A DNA stretch of 64,000 nt from an uncultured Chloroflexia bacterium (GTDB lineage Bacteria > Chloroflexota > Limnocylindria > Limnocylindrales > CSP1-4): positions 8,984 through 72,983 of the forward strand of contig CAWJIC010000022.1 in assembly GCA_963842755.1 (NCBI GenBank). The letters are read 5' to 3'. The position numbers and the translations under genes are program-made. The notes under the pieces are model-generated. The model had not been told where the DNA came from and made no database searches. It saw nothing but the letters and a program-made list of their open reading frames with translations. Of this stretch, positions 40,132 to 51,506 are shown in pieces. The first letter of the stretch is position 1, and the number at the start of each line of letters is the position of its first letter.

Positions 40132-42054
40132 TCACCGGGCGTCAGCGAGGCGCCATGTTAGCACATCCCAGAATCGGTCACTGGGGTCGCCGAGCTCCCG
40201 GACGACCGGCCCGAGGACCCGGTCGCCGATCACGACGAGCTCGTCCCGGAAGAAGATCGGAAGGAGGTACTGGCGGTCGGCGAGGCGGGCCTGAAGGGTC
40301 GCGAAGGCACGCTTCCGCTCGTCGAGCGTGCCCGGCGCGCGGGCCGCCGCCAGGTCGTGATCGAGGTCCACGTCCTGGATCCCGGTGACGTTCGAGCCAC
40401 CCTCGACGACCTGGGTCGACGCGAAGAGCGCGTAGAGGTCCGGATCGAGACCGATCATCACGTCGACGACGGCCGCCTGGAAGTCGCCCGTCCGGAGCCG
40501 GTCGCCGACGAACTCCGCCGGCGGCAGCCCCGCCACCTCCACCGTGAAGCCGAAGGCACGCCACTCGTCCGCGACTGCCTCCGCAACGGCCATCGCGCTC
40601 GGGTTGGAGGTGGCGTCCGGGGCGATGAGCTCGATCCGGTAGGCCTTCTTCGCCCCCGGCGCGACCCAGCCGGCCGCCGCGCGCTTCCAGCCCGAGCCCT
40701 TGAGCGCTGCCGCGGCGGCCTTCAGGTCGTACCGGACGGGCTTGCTGGCCTTCGGGTCGAACGCCCACGAGGAGGGTGGGATCGGCGAGTCCGCCCGCGT
40801 CCCCGTGCCATCGAGGACGGTGGCGATCAGCTTCGTGCGGTCGATCGCGGCGAGGAGCGCCCGGCGGGCCCGCGGGACCCGCAGCTCGACGTGACCCGGG
40901 CGCAGGTTGAGGGCGATCGCCGTGAGCGTCGTCCCTGGGTAGCCCAGGAGCCGGCTCCCCGGCCGCGCGGCCAGCTCGCTGGCCAGCGCCGGAGGCAATC
41001 CCGAGGCGGCATCCAGCCGGCCCGCCCGGTAGGCGGCGGCGAGCGACGTCGCGTCGGGGAAGAAGAAGAACGAGATCCCGGGCAGGGCCGGCTCCGGACG
41101 AGCGGTCGGGGCGGGAGTCGGGGCGGGAGTCGGGGCGGGAGTCGGGCCGGCCGGGGATGGCGACGACGCAGGCGATCCCGCAGGCGTTGACGGCGAGGCG
41201 GTCGACGTGGGCGGCGCCCCAGTGCCCGGCGCACCGCTCGGATTCGTCGAGCCGGACGGAGAAGCCGTGGCGGTCGGGGACCGGGACGGCGTGGGGGTGG
41301 GGGACGGCGTCGGGGTCGACGCGGGCGGCGTCGGCGCAGGAGGCTCGACGACCGGGCCGGCCTGGACGGCCGGGACGAGATCGGCGGTCTCCGTGTTCCA
41401 AGACACGAGGACGAACGGCCCCGCCCCGACCGGCTGGCGGCTGAACGGATCGTCGGCGAGGGTCGCCACCGGCGCGTCGCGGAGGAGGTGGGCCGGCAGG
41501 AGCCCGACGGTCGCCGCCTGGAGGAAACCGCCGAGCGGGGTCGCCAGCTCGAACGTCACGGTCCGTTCGTCGACCGCCGTCGCGGTCACCTCGCGCCAGG
41601 AGGAGCCGAGTGGGCCGGTGTAGTCCGGGTCCTTGAGGATCCCGACCGTGAACACGACATCATCCGCGGTCACCGGCATGCCATCCTGCCAGCGGGCCTC
41701 CGGGCGGATCGTGAACGTCCAGCGCCTGCCGTCCGGGTCGACCGACCAGCCCGATGCGAGCTCCGGCCGGTAGCCGCCGTCCGGCCCGAGTGAGACGAGC
41801 CCGCTGAACACGAGCGCAACGAGGTCGCGGTCCGCCTGGGTCCGGGCGGTCAGGGGGTTGATCGAGCTCGGTTGACCGATCATTCCTTCCCGGTAGACCA
41901 CGGGCGGGGACGACCCGGGACCCGGCGAGCCAGCCCCCGGGCTCTGGCCGGCACCCCCGTTTCCACCGGGCGCGGGCGGCAGCGCGATCGCCAGCGACAG
42001 CGCGACGAGGAGGACGCCGAGGACGGCGACGATCCCCCGATCGCGGCGGGTCAC
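40132..42054 (-). CDS. ABC transporter peptide/nickel substrate-binding protein (family 5) with Pro/Ser/Thr insert
   Basis: N-terminal TM, INPL, PELASGW..WTFTIRPEARWQDG.PVTADDVVFT, PVGAGPF, RRALLAAIDR. Confidence 0.88.
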   Translation of the reverse strand: MTRRDRGIVAVLGVLLVALSLAIALPPAPGGNGGAGQSPGAGSPGPGSSPPVVYREGMIGQPSSINPLTARTQADRDLVALVFSGLVSLGPDGGYRPELASGWSVDPDGRRWTFTIRPEARWQDGMPVTADDVVFTVGILKDPDYTGPLGSSWREVTATAVDERTVTFELATPLGGFLQAATVGLLPAHLLRDAPVATLADDPFSRQPVGAGPFVLVSWNTETADLVPAVQAGPVVEPPAPTPPASTPTPSPTPTPSRSPTATASPSGSTNPSGAPGTGAPPTSTASPSTPAGSPASSPSPAGPTPAPTPAPTPAPTARPEPALPGISFFFFPDATSLAAAYRAGRLDAASGLPPALASELAARPGSRLLGYPGTTLTAIALNLRPGHVELRVPRARRALLAAIDRTKLIATVLDGTGTRADSPIPPSSWAFDPKASKPVRYDLKAAAAALKGSGWKRAAAGWVAPGAKKAYRIELIAPDATSNPSAMAVAEAVADEWRAFGFTVEVAGLPPAEFVGDRLRTGDFQAAVVDVMIGLDPDLYALFASTQVVEGGSNVTGIQDVDLDHDLAAARAPGTLDERKRAFATLQARLADRQYLLPIFFRDELVVIGDRVLGPVVRELGDPSDRFWDVLTWRLADAR

Positions 42055-42108
42055 GGTACGGCCTCCGGCTGGCGTCCGCTCACGACCTGCGGGCCGACGG
42101 GCGCGAGG

Positions 42109-42339
42109 TCAGGCGCCCGGCTTCGCGAAGACGAACGAGGCGAGCGAGAACAGCACGAACAGCGCCGTCAGGACGATCGTGAACTGCCACAGGCGACGCT
42201 CGACGCCGCGCCGGCTGCGGTAGACGGCGGAGTCGCCGCCGAACGTGCCGGACAGTCCCGTGCCGCGGGCCTGGAGGAGGATCGAGATCATCATCGCGAT
42301 GCCGACGATCATCTGGCCGACGGCGAGGATCGAGTTCAC
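42109..42339 (-). CDS. secG: Preprotein translocase subunit SecG
   Basis: [28 protein letters not shown]; two TMs. Confidence 0.92.
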   Translation of the reverse strand: MNSILAVGQMIVGIAMMISILLQARGTGLSGTFGGDSAVYRSRRGVERRLWQFTIVLTALFVLFSLASFVFAKPGA

Positions 42340-43991
42340 GGGCGCTGGGACCTCTCTTCGGAAAAGCCGTCGGATGGTAGCACAGGCTCCAGGAGCGAGC
42401 GGCCGACGAGCTCGGGCCAGCCGGGCAGCCCGGCGAGCTCCAGGATCGTCGGGGTGACATCCGCCAGCACCCCGTCGTGAAGACGACGACCGTCCGCCGC
42501 TCGCCCGGCCAGGAGGACCGGGACCGGGTTGAGCGAGTGGGCGGTCACCGGGCTGCCGGCCTCGTCGCGCATCTCGTCGGCGTTGCCGTGGTCCGCGGTC
42601 ACGAGCAGGACGGCGCCCGGGCAGGCCGGATCGTCGTCGTCGACTGCCTCGACCGCCGCCGCGACCCGGGCGAGGCAGCCATCGACTGCAGCGAGGGCGC
42701 GGACCGTGGCCGGCCCACGAGCCGGTGTGCCCGACCATGTCCGGGTTGGCGTAGTTCGCCACGATCAGGTCGTACCGGCCGGAGCCGATCGCCTCGATGA
42801 GCGCGTCGGTGACGCCCGCCGCGCTCATCTCCGGCTGGAGGTCGTAGGTCGCCACCTTCGGGCTGGGGATGAGGAGCCGCTCCTCGCCCGGCCAGGCCGC
42901 CTCGCGACCGCCGTTGAAGAAGTACGTCACGTGGGCGTACTTCTCGGTCTCCGCGACGTGGAACTGGCGCCAGCCGGCCTCGCGACACCGCCTCGGCCAG
43001 CGAGCGGCACCTGCTCCGATGGAAAGGCCACCTCGACCGGCAGGCCGGCCTCGTACTCGGTCATCGTCACCACGAGGAGGTCGCGCGGACCGGGCCGGCC
43101 ATCGGGGCCGGTCCGGTCGAACCCGGCGAAGTCGGCATCGGCGAGGGCGTGCGTGAGCTGTCGGGCGCGGTCCGCCCGGAAGTTCGCGTGGACGATCGGA
43201 TCCCCGTCGCGGACCCGCCCGTCGACCCCGTCAATGACCGTCGGGACGATGAACTCGTCGTTCTCGCCCCGGGCGTAGCCGGCCTCCACGGCGGCGACGG
43301 CGCTGGACGCCCGCTCCCCCGCCCCATGGACGATCGCCGCGTAGCCGGCGCGCGGTGCGCTCCCAACGGGTGTCGCGGTCCATCGCGAAGTAGCGCCCGC
43401 CGATCGACGCGATCCGGGCGTCCGGGTGCGCGGCGGCGAGGCGGCGCCTCGAGGTCCGGGACGAACTCGATCGCCGAGCGCGGCGGGGTGTCCCGGCCGT
43501 CGAGCAGGGCGTGGATCCGGACCGCCGGCACGCCGCGCCGGGCGGCCAGCTCCGACGAGCGCGACGAGGTGGCGATCGTTGGCGTGGACGCCGCCGGGTC
43601 CGACCAGGCTGATGACGTGGAGCCGGCCGTCGGGCCGGGCGGCACGGTCGCACGCCGCGAGGAGCGCCGGGCGGCGGAAGAAGCTCCCATCGGCGATCGC
43701 CGCGTCGATCCGGGGCAGGTCCTGGAGGACCGGCTGGCCGGTCCCCAGGTTGAGGTGACCCACCTCGGAGTTGCCCATCTGGCCCGCCGGCAGGCCGACC
43801 GCGTCCTCCGAGGCGCGCAGGACCGCATGGGGCCAGCGCGCCAGGAGCGCCCGCCAGGCGGGCATCGGGGCGGCGGCGACCGCGTCGGCGGTCGGATCGC
43901 GGCCGATCCCGAACCCGTCGAGGACGACGAGGACGATCGGTCGCGGCCGGCGGCGGGTCGCCGAGCCGCTTCCGGGGTTCCCGCCGGTCAC
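42336..43991 (-). CDS. gpmI: 2,3-BPG-independent phosphoglycerate mutase (frameshifted)
   Basis: [50 protein letters not shown]. Confidence 0.94.
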
Positions 43992-44785
43992 CCGACGCCC
44001 GCGGCCCGCGCCTGGGCGGTCAGGCCGGCCCGGGCGACGATCCCGGCCATCTCGTCGGGCTTGAGCGAGGCCCCGCCGACCAGGGCGCCGTCGATCGCGG
44101 GTTCGGCCAGGAACTCCCCGATGTTGGCGGCCGTGACGCTGCCACCGTAGAGGACCGGCACGCTCGGGGCGAGGTCCGGCCAGCCGGCCTCGCCGATCGC
44201 GGAGCGGATCGTGTCGGCCATCTCGGCCGCGTCCGCGCCGCGCGCGTTCCGCCCGGTCCCGATCGCCCAGACGGGCTCGTAGGCGATCACCAGGCCGCAG
44301 CCCACGAGCGCGGCGGGGTCGTCCGCGAAGGCGCCCAGCACGCCGCGGACCTGGGCTCCGACGACGGCCCCGGCCCGGCCGGCCTCGCGATCCGCGAGCT
44401 GCTCACCGACGCACACGATCGGCCGAAGGCCCGCCTGCGCGGCCCGTCGGAGCTTGCGCCCGATGAGTTCGTCGGTCTCGGCCACGTCGCGCCGGCGCTC
44501 GGAGTGGCCGAGGATCACCCAGCTCGCCAGCCCGGCGAGCATCGGCGCGCTGACCTCCCCGGTATACGCCCCGGCCAGCTCGTGGTGGACGTTCTGGGCG
44601 CCGACCGCCACCCCGCTCCCCGCGAGCGCGTCACGGACGGCCGCCAGGCAGACGTATGGCGGGCAGATCACCCGCTCGACCGGTCCGTCCACGCGGGTCC
44701 GGTCGGCGATCGTGGCGGCCAGCTCGCCTGCATCGACAGGGGTGGTGTGCATCTTCCAGTTGGCGGCGATCACGATGGGTCTCAT
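43988..44785 (-). CDS. tpiA: Triosephosphate isomerase
   Basis: AANWKM, GHSERR, AYEPVWAIGTG, YGGSV, LVGGASL. Confidence 0.97.
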   Translation of the reverse strand: MRPIVIAANWKMHTTPVDAGELAATIADRTRVDGPVERVICPPYVCLAAVRDALAGSGVAVGAQNVHHELAGAYTGEVSAPMLAGLASWVILGHSERRRDVAETDELIGRKLRRAAQAGLRPIVCVGEQLADREAGRAGAVVGAQVRGVLGAFADDPAALVGCGLVIAYEPVWAIGTGRNARGADAAEMADTIRSAIGEAGWPDLAPSVPVLYGGSVTAANIGEFLAEPAIDGALVGGASLKPDEMAGIVARAGLTAQARAAGVG

Positions 44786-44792
44786 CGCCGAA

Positions 44793-45641
44793 TCATGCCA
44801 GAGCGGAGGCCGATCCCCTCGTCGTCGTGGAGGGCCAGCCGCTCGATGCGCTCGAGGGCGCGCTGCACGGCGGCGCGGTGCAGGTCCAGGCGCGTCGGCG
44901 AGCTCCCCGAACGTCGCCTCGGGGGTCTCCCGTCGCGCCGCGGCCACGAGCCGGACGACGGACGGCTGCCGCTCGAGCCGACCGTCGGCCTCGAGCCGGT
45001 CGATCGCGGCCAGCTGGCGGCCGGCGGCGGCGACGGCCCGCTGGAGGTTGGCCGACTCGGCGTTGATCACCCGGTTGAGGTCGCCGCGCATGGCGCGCGA
45101 CACCTGGCGGCTCTCGAGCTCCAGGAGCGCCGAGCCCGCCCCGATCCGGCGCAGGAACGTCCCGACGTGTCGGCGCTCTTCCAGGTCACCACGCCCCGGC
45201 CGCGCCGGAGACGCCACGACGCCGGCAGCCCGAGCTCCGCCGAGGCGGCCGGCGAGGACCGGCGCCTCCTCCGGCGGCGACGACGAACTCGAGGTGGGCC
45301 CGTCCGGACGCGAGGCTGAGCGAGCCGCGGGCGAGGAAGCGGCCGCGCAGGTACGCGACCCGGCAATGGTCCGGCGCCGAGGCCCAGTCGAACGGGATCT
45401 CCGATGGATGCGCCTCCGCGACTCGGACGTGCTTCGTGCGGCGCGGACCGGCCAGCAGCCGACCGGCCTCCGCGGGCTCCCGCCCGAGCCGAACGGCCAG
45501 TCGGGCCACGGACGCCTCGCGCGTGGCGAGCGCGGTCCCCAGGCCGGCCGACTCGGCGTCCCGATCGCACGCCCGCCGGGGCGAGATCGAGGCCAGCTCC
45601 GCCCGGAGCGCCGACACGAGGTCGCGCTCAGCGCCGCTCAT
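44793..45641 (-). CDS. whiA: DNA-binding protein WhiA (frameshifted)
   Basis: AYLRGRFLARGSL..HLEF (LAGLIDADG-derived), NRVINAESANL; rapZ-yvcK-whiA synteny. Confidence 0.88.
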
Positions 45642-45671
45642 CGGGTCACGGCCCGGGCCGTCCGTCCCCGG

Positions 45672-47060
45672 TCACGCCGTTCGGGCGATCCCACCGCCAC
45701 GCCGTCGGGCGGCACTGTCGCGCTCGGCGATCCGGACGAGCGCCCCGGCCAGCCGCGCCGGGTCGTGGTGGCGCGGGTCGTCACGGTCGACCAGGTCGTC
45801 GAGGACGAGGCGCGGCGGCCGGTCCGCCGGCCGGCGGCCAGCGCAGCCGGACGGGCTTGCCGTCGGCCGGCCGGACGGCTCCCTCGCCCGCTGGTTCGCC
45901 GGGCCGCCCGCCTGCCGCCCGGTTGTTCGCCAGCACGACGTCGACGAGCCCGGGCGAGGCGTGTCGCTCGAGCGCCTCGACATGGTCGGCGAGGTCGAAG
46001 CCGGCCGTCTCCCCGGCCTGGGTGGCGACGTTGCAGACGTAGACGCGCAGTGCGCTCGACGCGGCCAGGGCGTCGCGGATCTCCGGCAGGAGGAGGCTCG
46101 GCAGGACGCTCGTGAACAGGCTGCCCGGCCCGATGACGATGAGATCCGCCTCGGCGATCGCGGCGATCGCGTCGGACGAGGCCCGGACCCCCTCGGGGGC
46201 GAGCCAGACCTGCTCGATCCCGGTCGTCGTGGCGATCAGCGACTGGCCGACGACCGAGCTCCCATCGCGGAGCGCGGCGTGCAGGACGAGCGGGGTCGGA
46301 GAGACCGGGACCACCTGGCCGCGGACGGCGAGGACCCGGTTCATCTGCCGGACCCCCTCCTCGAAGTCGCCATCCTCGACGGCGGTCATCGCCGCGATGA
46401 GGAGGTTGCCGATCGCGTGGCCGGCCAGGCTCTCGGGCGCCTCGTCGACCCGGGAAGCGGTACTGGAGGAGCCGGCCCATGAGCGGCTCGGCGTCGGCCA
46501 GGGCGACGATGCAGTTCCGGATGTCGCCGACCGGCGGGATCCCGAGCTGGTCGCGGAGCACGCCGGACGAGCCGCCGTCGTCGGCGACCGTGACGACGCG
46601 GTCAGGTTGCTGGTGTGCTCCTTGAGGCCGCGCAGGAGGGTCGACAGGCCCGTCCCGCCGCCGATGCGCCACGACGCGCGGGCCGCGGGCCAGGAACCGC
46701 TTCTGGTAGATCACCTCGACGAGCGGCCGATCCTCGTCATCGGAACGGAACGGGCCCATCAGGGCGCGGATCACCCGCAACGAGGCGAACGCGAAGATGG
46801 TCGACCCCGGCGACCGACAGGATGAGCGCCCGGAGCCAGTACGGCAGGAACTGCAGCGTGACGAATCGAGACGATCGACTGGAGCGGCTCGCTCGAGCTC
46901 CACGTCGCGGTAGACCTGGCGCAGCACGAAGGCCAGGCCGAGGGCCAGGCCGAGCTCGCCCAGCGAAGACGACGCCGAGCCAGCGCTTGACGCCGATCCC
47001 CGGGGTCAGCCAGCGTCGCAGGCCGAGGGCGCCGGAGAAGCGGCGGCGGCGATCGGTCAT
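45672..47060 (-). CDS. yvcK: Gluconeogenesis factor YvcK/GlmR (CofD-like) with N-terminal TMs (frameshifted)
   Basis: GGGTG, VTVADDGGSSG, PPVGDIRNC, IGPGSLFTS, RHDP. Confidence 0.9.
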
Positions 47061-47064
47061 CCGG

Positions 47065-48016
47065 TCAGCCCCGCTCGAGCTCGCGGTGGAAGACCGCGAC
47101 CGGATCCGAGGTCCTGCTCCCGAAGCCACGCGGCGAGCTCCTCCGCGATCGCGATCGAGCGGTGGTAGCCGCCGGTGCAGCCGATCGCCGATCGTCAGTC
47201 GGGTCTTGCCCTCCGCGACGTAGGCGGGCAGCGCGAAGTCGAGGAGCTCGCGGACGATCCCGCAGGAATCGCTGGGTCGACCGGCTGGCCGAGGACGAAG
47301 CCGCGGACCGGCTCGGTCAGGCCCGACAGCTGGCGGAGCTCCTCGACGTAGTACGGGTTCTGCATGAACCGGACGTCGAACACGAGGTCGGCCTCGAGCG
47401 GGACGCCGTACTTGAAGCCGAAGCTGATCAGCTGGATCGACAGCCGGTCCGGGTCCGGCGTCGTCGGCGAGGTGGGCGAAGATCCGCTCGCGGAGCTCGC
47501 GCAGCGACAGGTCGGAGGTGTCGAGGACGACGTCCGCCTCGTCCCGGATCGGGTCGAGCAGGCGCCGCTCCTCGGCGATCGAGCTCGCGATCCCGCGCTG
47601 GTCGGCCAGCGGGTGGCGGTGGCGCGTCTCGGAGAACCGCCGGATGAGGACCTCGTCGCGCGCCTCGAGGAAGAAGACCTGGGGCCGGATCCCCCGGCCC
47701 TCGAGTGCGCCGCGCATCGCCGCCAGGGCCACGACGGTGTCGCCGGCTCGGACGTCGAGGACGATCGCCGTCCTGCCGAATCGCTCCCGGTGCTCCGAGA
47801 CGAGCTCGGCCAGGTCGGGCAGCAGCTCGCCGGGCAGGTTGTCGACGAGAGGTAGCCGAGGTCCTCGAAGAGCTTCGCGGCCGCCGTCTTCCCGGCCCCG
47901 GACAGGCCGCTCAGGATGACGATGTGCTGGACGTGGGCCGGGGCGGCCGCCTCGGGATCGGGCGCGCCGGCGTCCTTCGAGGGCGGCGATCCAGTGGGTT
48001 CGCGGCGTCGACTCAT
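47065..48016 (-). CDS. rapZ: RNase adapter RapZ (YvcJ; frameshifted)
   Basis: [54 protein letters not shown]. Confidence 0.92.
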
Positions 48017-48089
48017 CGGTCGCAGTCTACGCCGCTCGTCCGGCGGCGCCGCGCCGGGGCTCTCGCGCCGGGCCGGCTCGAGCCGAAGC

Positions 48090-48866
48090 TCAGCGGCCGC
48101 CGCGCGCGATGAACCAGGTCGTCGACTCGTACAGGAGGTACATCGTCAGGCCCAGGACGAGCGGGCTGACGATGTCGCCGCCCGGCGTCACGACGGTCGC
48201 GAAGATCGTGATCCCGAGAATCACGTAGCGGCGCGAGCTGCGCAGCCTCGCCGAGTTGACGATGTTCACCCGGGCGAGCGCGTAGAGGACGATCGGGAAC
48301 TCCATGACCAGCCCGAAGGCGAGGAACAGCGTCGTCACGAAGTCGAAGTACGGGGCCGCCGCGAGCTTGTTCTCGAAGACGTCCTGGTCGAAGCTCATCA
48401 GGAAGGCCATGGCGTACGGCAGGACGACGTAGGCGATCACGCAGCCGAGCGCGAAGAAGACGAGGGCGATGGGCACCCATGGCCGGATGGACCGGCGCTC
48501 CTCGGCGGTCAGGCCCGGGGCCACGAAGCCCACAGCTGGTAGAGGATGACCGGCATGCGCCAGGATGACCCCGACCACGACCGCGACCCGGACGTGGATG
48601 AAGAACGCGTCGCCCGGGGCGAGGTTCAGGAGGCGCCCCCCGACCGGCGCGGAGAGGAGCTTGATGATCGGGTTCGCGATGATGAACCCGAGGACCGAGC
48701 CCAGCCCCACGGCGAGGACGGACCGGAAGATCCTGGTCCGGAGCTCGCCCAGATGGTCGACGAGGGTCATCGCGGCCTGCGCCTCGGGTGCCGCCGGTGC
48801 GGGCTCCGGGGCGGACGGCGCGACGGGGGCGCGATCGTCAGGCATCGGGATCGGGATATCGGCCAT
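48090..48866 (-). CDS. tatC: Twin-arginine translocase TatC (one frameshift)
   Basis: [36 protein letters not shown]. Confidence 0.93.
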   Translation of the reverse strand: MADIPIPMPDDRAPVAPSAPEPAPAAPEAQAAMTLVDHLGELRTRIFRSVLAVGLGSVLGFIIANPIIKLLSAPVGGRLLNLAPGDAFFIHVRVAVVVGVILAHAGHPLPAVGFVAPGLTAEERRSIRPWVPIALVFFALGCVIAYVVLPYAMAFLMSFDQDVFENKLAAAPYFDFVTTLFLAFGLVMEFPIVLYALARVNIVNSARLRSSRRYVILGITIFATVVTPGGDIVSPLVLGLTMYLLYESTTWFIARGGR

Positions 48867-48899
48867 GGCGATCGCCCGGTCAGGTCCCTCGCGGGCCGA

Positions 48900-49290
48900 C
48901 TAGGACGCGGGCTCGGCGTCCGGCTGCTCGGTCGTCGCGGCGGGCTCAGCGGCGGCGGCGGGCTCAGCGGCGGCGGCGGGCTCAGCGGCGGCGGCGGGCT
49001 CAGCGGCGGCGACCGGGCTCGTCGCCTCTGCCGGCTGGGCGGTCGGGGCGGCCGAAGGGGCGGCCGGCGTGGCCGGAGGGACGGCCGGCGTGGCCGGAGG
49101 GACGGCCGGCGTGGCCGGAAGCGGTGAGATGTCGATCTTCGTGGCCTCCTGCACGTCCGAGGCGGCCTTGCGGAACTCGCGGATGCTCTTGCCGAGGGCC
49201 GAGCCGACGTCCGGCAGGCGGCCGGGGCCCAGGATGAGGAGCGCGATCACGAGGATGACGACGAGCTCGAGCGGTCCGAGGGACGGGCAT
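48900..49290 (-). CDS. tatA: Twin-arginine translocase TatA/E
   Basis: ELVVILVIALLILGPGRLPDVGSALGKSIREFRK, followed by a repetitive tail. Confidence 0.92.
48941..49118 (-). repeat. Coding tandem repeats in the TatA tail
   Basis: 18-bp unit (AAAEPA) about x4 and 21-bp unit (PATPAVP) about x3. Confidence 0.85.
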
Positions 49291-49369
49291 CGGTCGGTGC
49301 GACTCCTTGGGGATCGGTGGCAGCGTCAGTGGCACGGGGAGGCCAGTCTCCCCGTCTCGCGACGGGGAT

Positions 49370-50253
49370 CTACAGTAGCACAGGGAGGCGGGCCGCCCAC
49401 TGGCGAGCGGCCGCCGCGATCCGCTCGCCGGGATCGTCCGCCGAACCGGCGCCCGCAGCCGCGAGCGCCGCTTGGGCGATCCCGCGGGAGACGTTCACCA
49501 GGAGGCCGCCGCCCGGGCCGGCGCCCGCCGGTGCGGTCGCTGGCGGGTCCGTGGCGAGGACCGGCTCGACGTCGCCGCCCTGCGCCCCGACCCCCGGGAC
49601 GAGGAAGGCGAGACCCGGCGCGACCGCCCGGATGCGCGGCCAGCTCGTCGGGCGCGGTCGCTCCCACGACGAGCCCCACGGTCCCGCCCGGACCCCATCC
49701 GCCGGCCTGCCGGGCGACCCGCGCGTAGAGCGGCTCGGCCGGGGCATGGATCCGTCCGGGCTGGCGGCCACGACCAGGTCCTGCAGCTCGCCGGCGCCCG
49801 GGTTGGACGTCCGGCACAGCACGTAGGCGAAGCGGTCCGTCCGCTCGAGGAGCGGGGCGATCGCCTCGGAGCCGAGGTACGGGTTGGCCGTCACCGCGTC
49901 CGCGCCGAGCCGGTCGAACAGGGCGACCGCCTGGCGGGCAGCCGTGGAGCCGATGTCGCCGCGCTTCGCGTCCGCCACGACCGGGAGGTCCGCCGGGAGG
50001 CTCGCCCGGATCCGCTCCAGCGCCGCGATGCCGGCCGGCCCGAATGCCTCGAAGAAGGCGAGGTTCGGCTTGACCGCCGCGGCGAACGGTCCGGCCGCCT
50101 CGATGAGCAGCCGAGCGAACGCCTCGATCCCCGCGACGTCCGGCGAGAAGCCGGCCGGCAAGCGCGGCGGGATCGGGGTCCAGCCCGAGGCACAGGACCG
50201 TGCCGGTCGCGGCGCTCCGGCGGCGCGAGCCGGGCGAGGAAGCCGTCGCTCAC
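49370..50253 (-). CDS. pyrF: Orotidine-5'-phosphate decarboxylase (frameshifted)
   Basis: LCLGLDP, KPNLAFFE, DAKRGDIGST, CRTSNPG, LVPGVGAQGG, VNVSRGI. Confidence 0.94.
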
Positions 50254-51506
50254 GGTGCGGACGAGCCGGCTCGCGCTCGGCGCCGGCGGCGCGACGGCAC
50301 CGCGGTCGGCGGCGGGAGCTGGTCCGCCGGGATGAACCAGCTCGGGCCGCGACCCGCCGTCGAGCCCGCTGTACCTGGGTCAGGTCGGGCGTCTCGCTCG
50401 GCCGTCCAGTCCGGGCCGGCGCCCGTCGAGGCCGACCATCTTGAGGTCGACGATCTGGCCCTCGATGTGCAGGAACGCGATCGCGTCTCCCGTCGGGCGA
50501 CCAGACCGGCGCCCACGAGCGCTCGTCGTCGGTGAGCCGGAGGACCTCCGTGCCGTTCTTCGCGTCGAGGATCGCGACGTCCGTGCCCAGGATGCGTCGT
50601 CTTCGTCGCGGCGATGCAGCGCCCGTCGGGCGACCACGACGGCTGCGAGGTAGCCGGGTCCGGTGACCGGCGCGGTCTTCTTCGTCGCCGGGTCGTAGCG
50701 ATAGATGCTGCGGCGCGCCGCGCGTCGCCGTCGCGGCCGTTCCGGACGTACAGGAGGAGCTTGCCGTCCGGCCGCCACGCCGGGTCCTGGTGGCCGAGCG
50801 GCGCGATCTCCGGGCACGGTCGAGGTCGTCAGCTTCTTCGTCGTCAGGTCGAGCAGCTGGAGCACGACGTCGCTCCGGGCGGGTTCGGGCGCGTCCGAGA
50901 CGAGCGCGATGGTCTTCCCGTCCGGCGAGACCCGGCTGGCGGACCAGTAGAACCAGCGTCGTAGCTGCCCGAGCGTGTAGCGCCCGGTCAGCAGCTGCTC
51001 GGCGCGCCGCTGCCCGTCGGGCTGGATCCGCATGAGGATCGGCGTCGTCGAGGTCGTAGTAGCGCGGCCGGTCGCCGCCGGCGGGGAACGTGCCGCGGTC
51101 GCGTCCGTCTCCGGATGAAGTAGATCCACTGCCCGTCGGGCGAGAACGCCGGCATCGAGTCCGTGGCCGCTCGTCGTGAGCTGGCGTGACCTCGTCGCCG
51201 GTCTGGATCCAGATGTTGCCGGCCTTCGCGTAGACGATCGAGCCCGGGAACGTCCGTCGCGGCGTCGACGATGACGACGTTCGACGGCGCCGGCGTCGGG
51301 CCGGCCGACGCCGCCGTTCGCCGCCGGTGCCCGGGCCGCCGTCGACCGCCCGGCAGGGGCACGGCCGTTGAACAGGCTGAGCGTCACGAGCGCGACGACG
51401 ACGAGCCCGACCGCGGCCAGGACCGCGGCCGACGAGCCGCCGACCGGGACCGATGCCGTACGGGTCGCGCGGACGCCGCGGCCGCGGGCCGTGCCGGGCG
51501 GGTCAC
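50250..51506 (-). CDS. Membrane-anchored TolB-like (PD40) beta-propeller protein (frameshifted)
   Basis: N-terminal TM; repeated PAFSPDG, SPDGKTIA, PAWRPDG, SWSPDG and WSPTG motifs. Confidence 0.8.
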
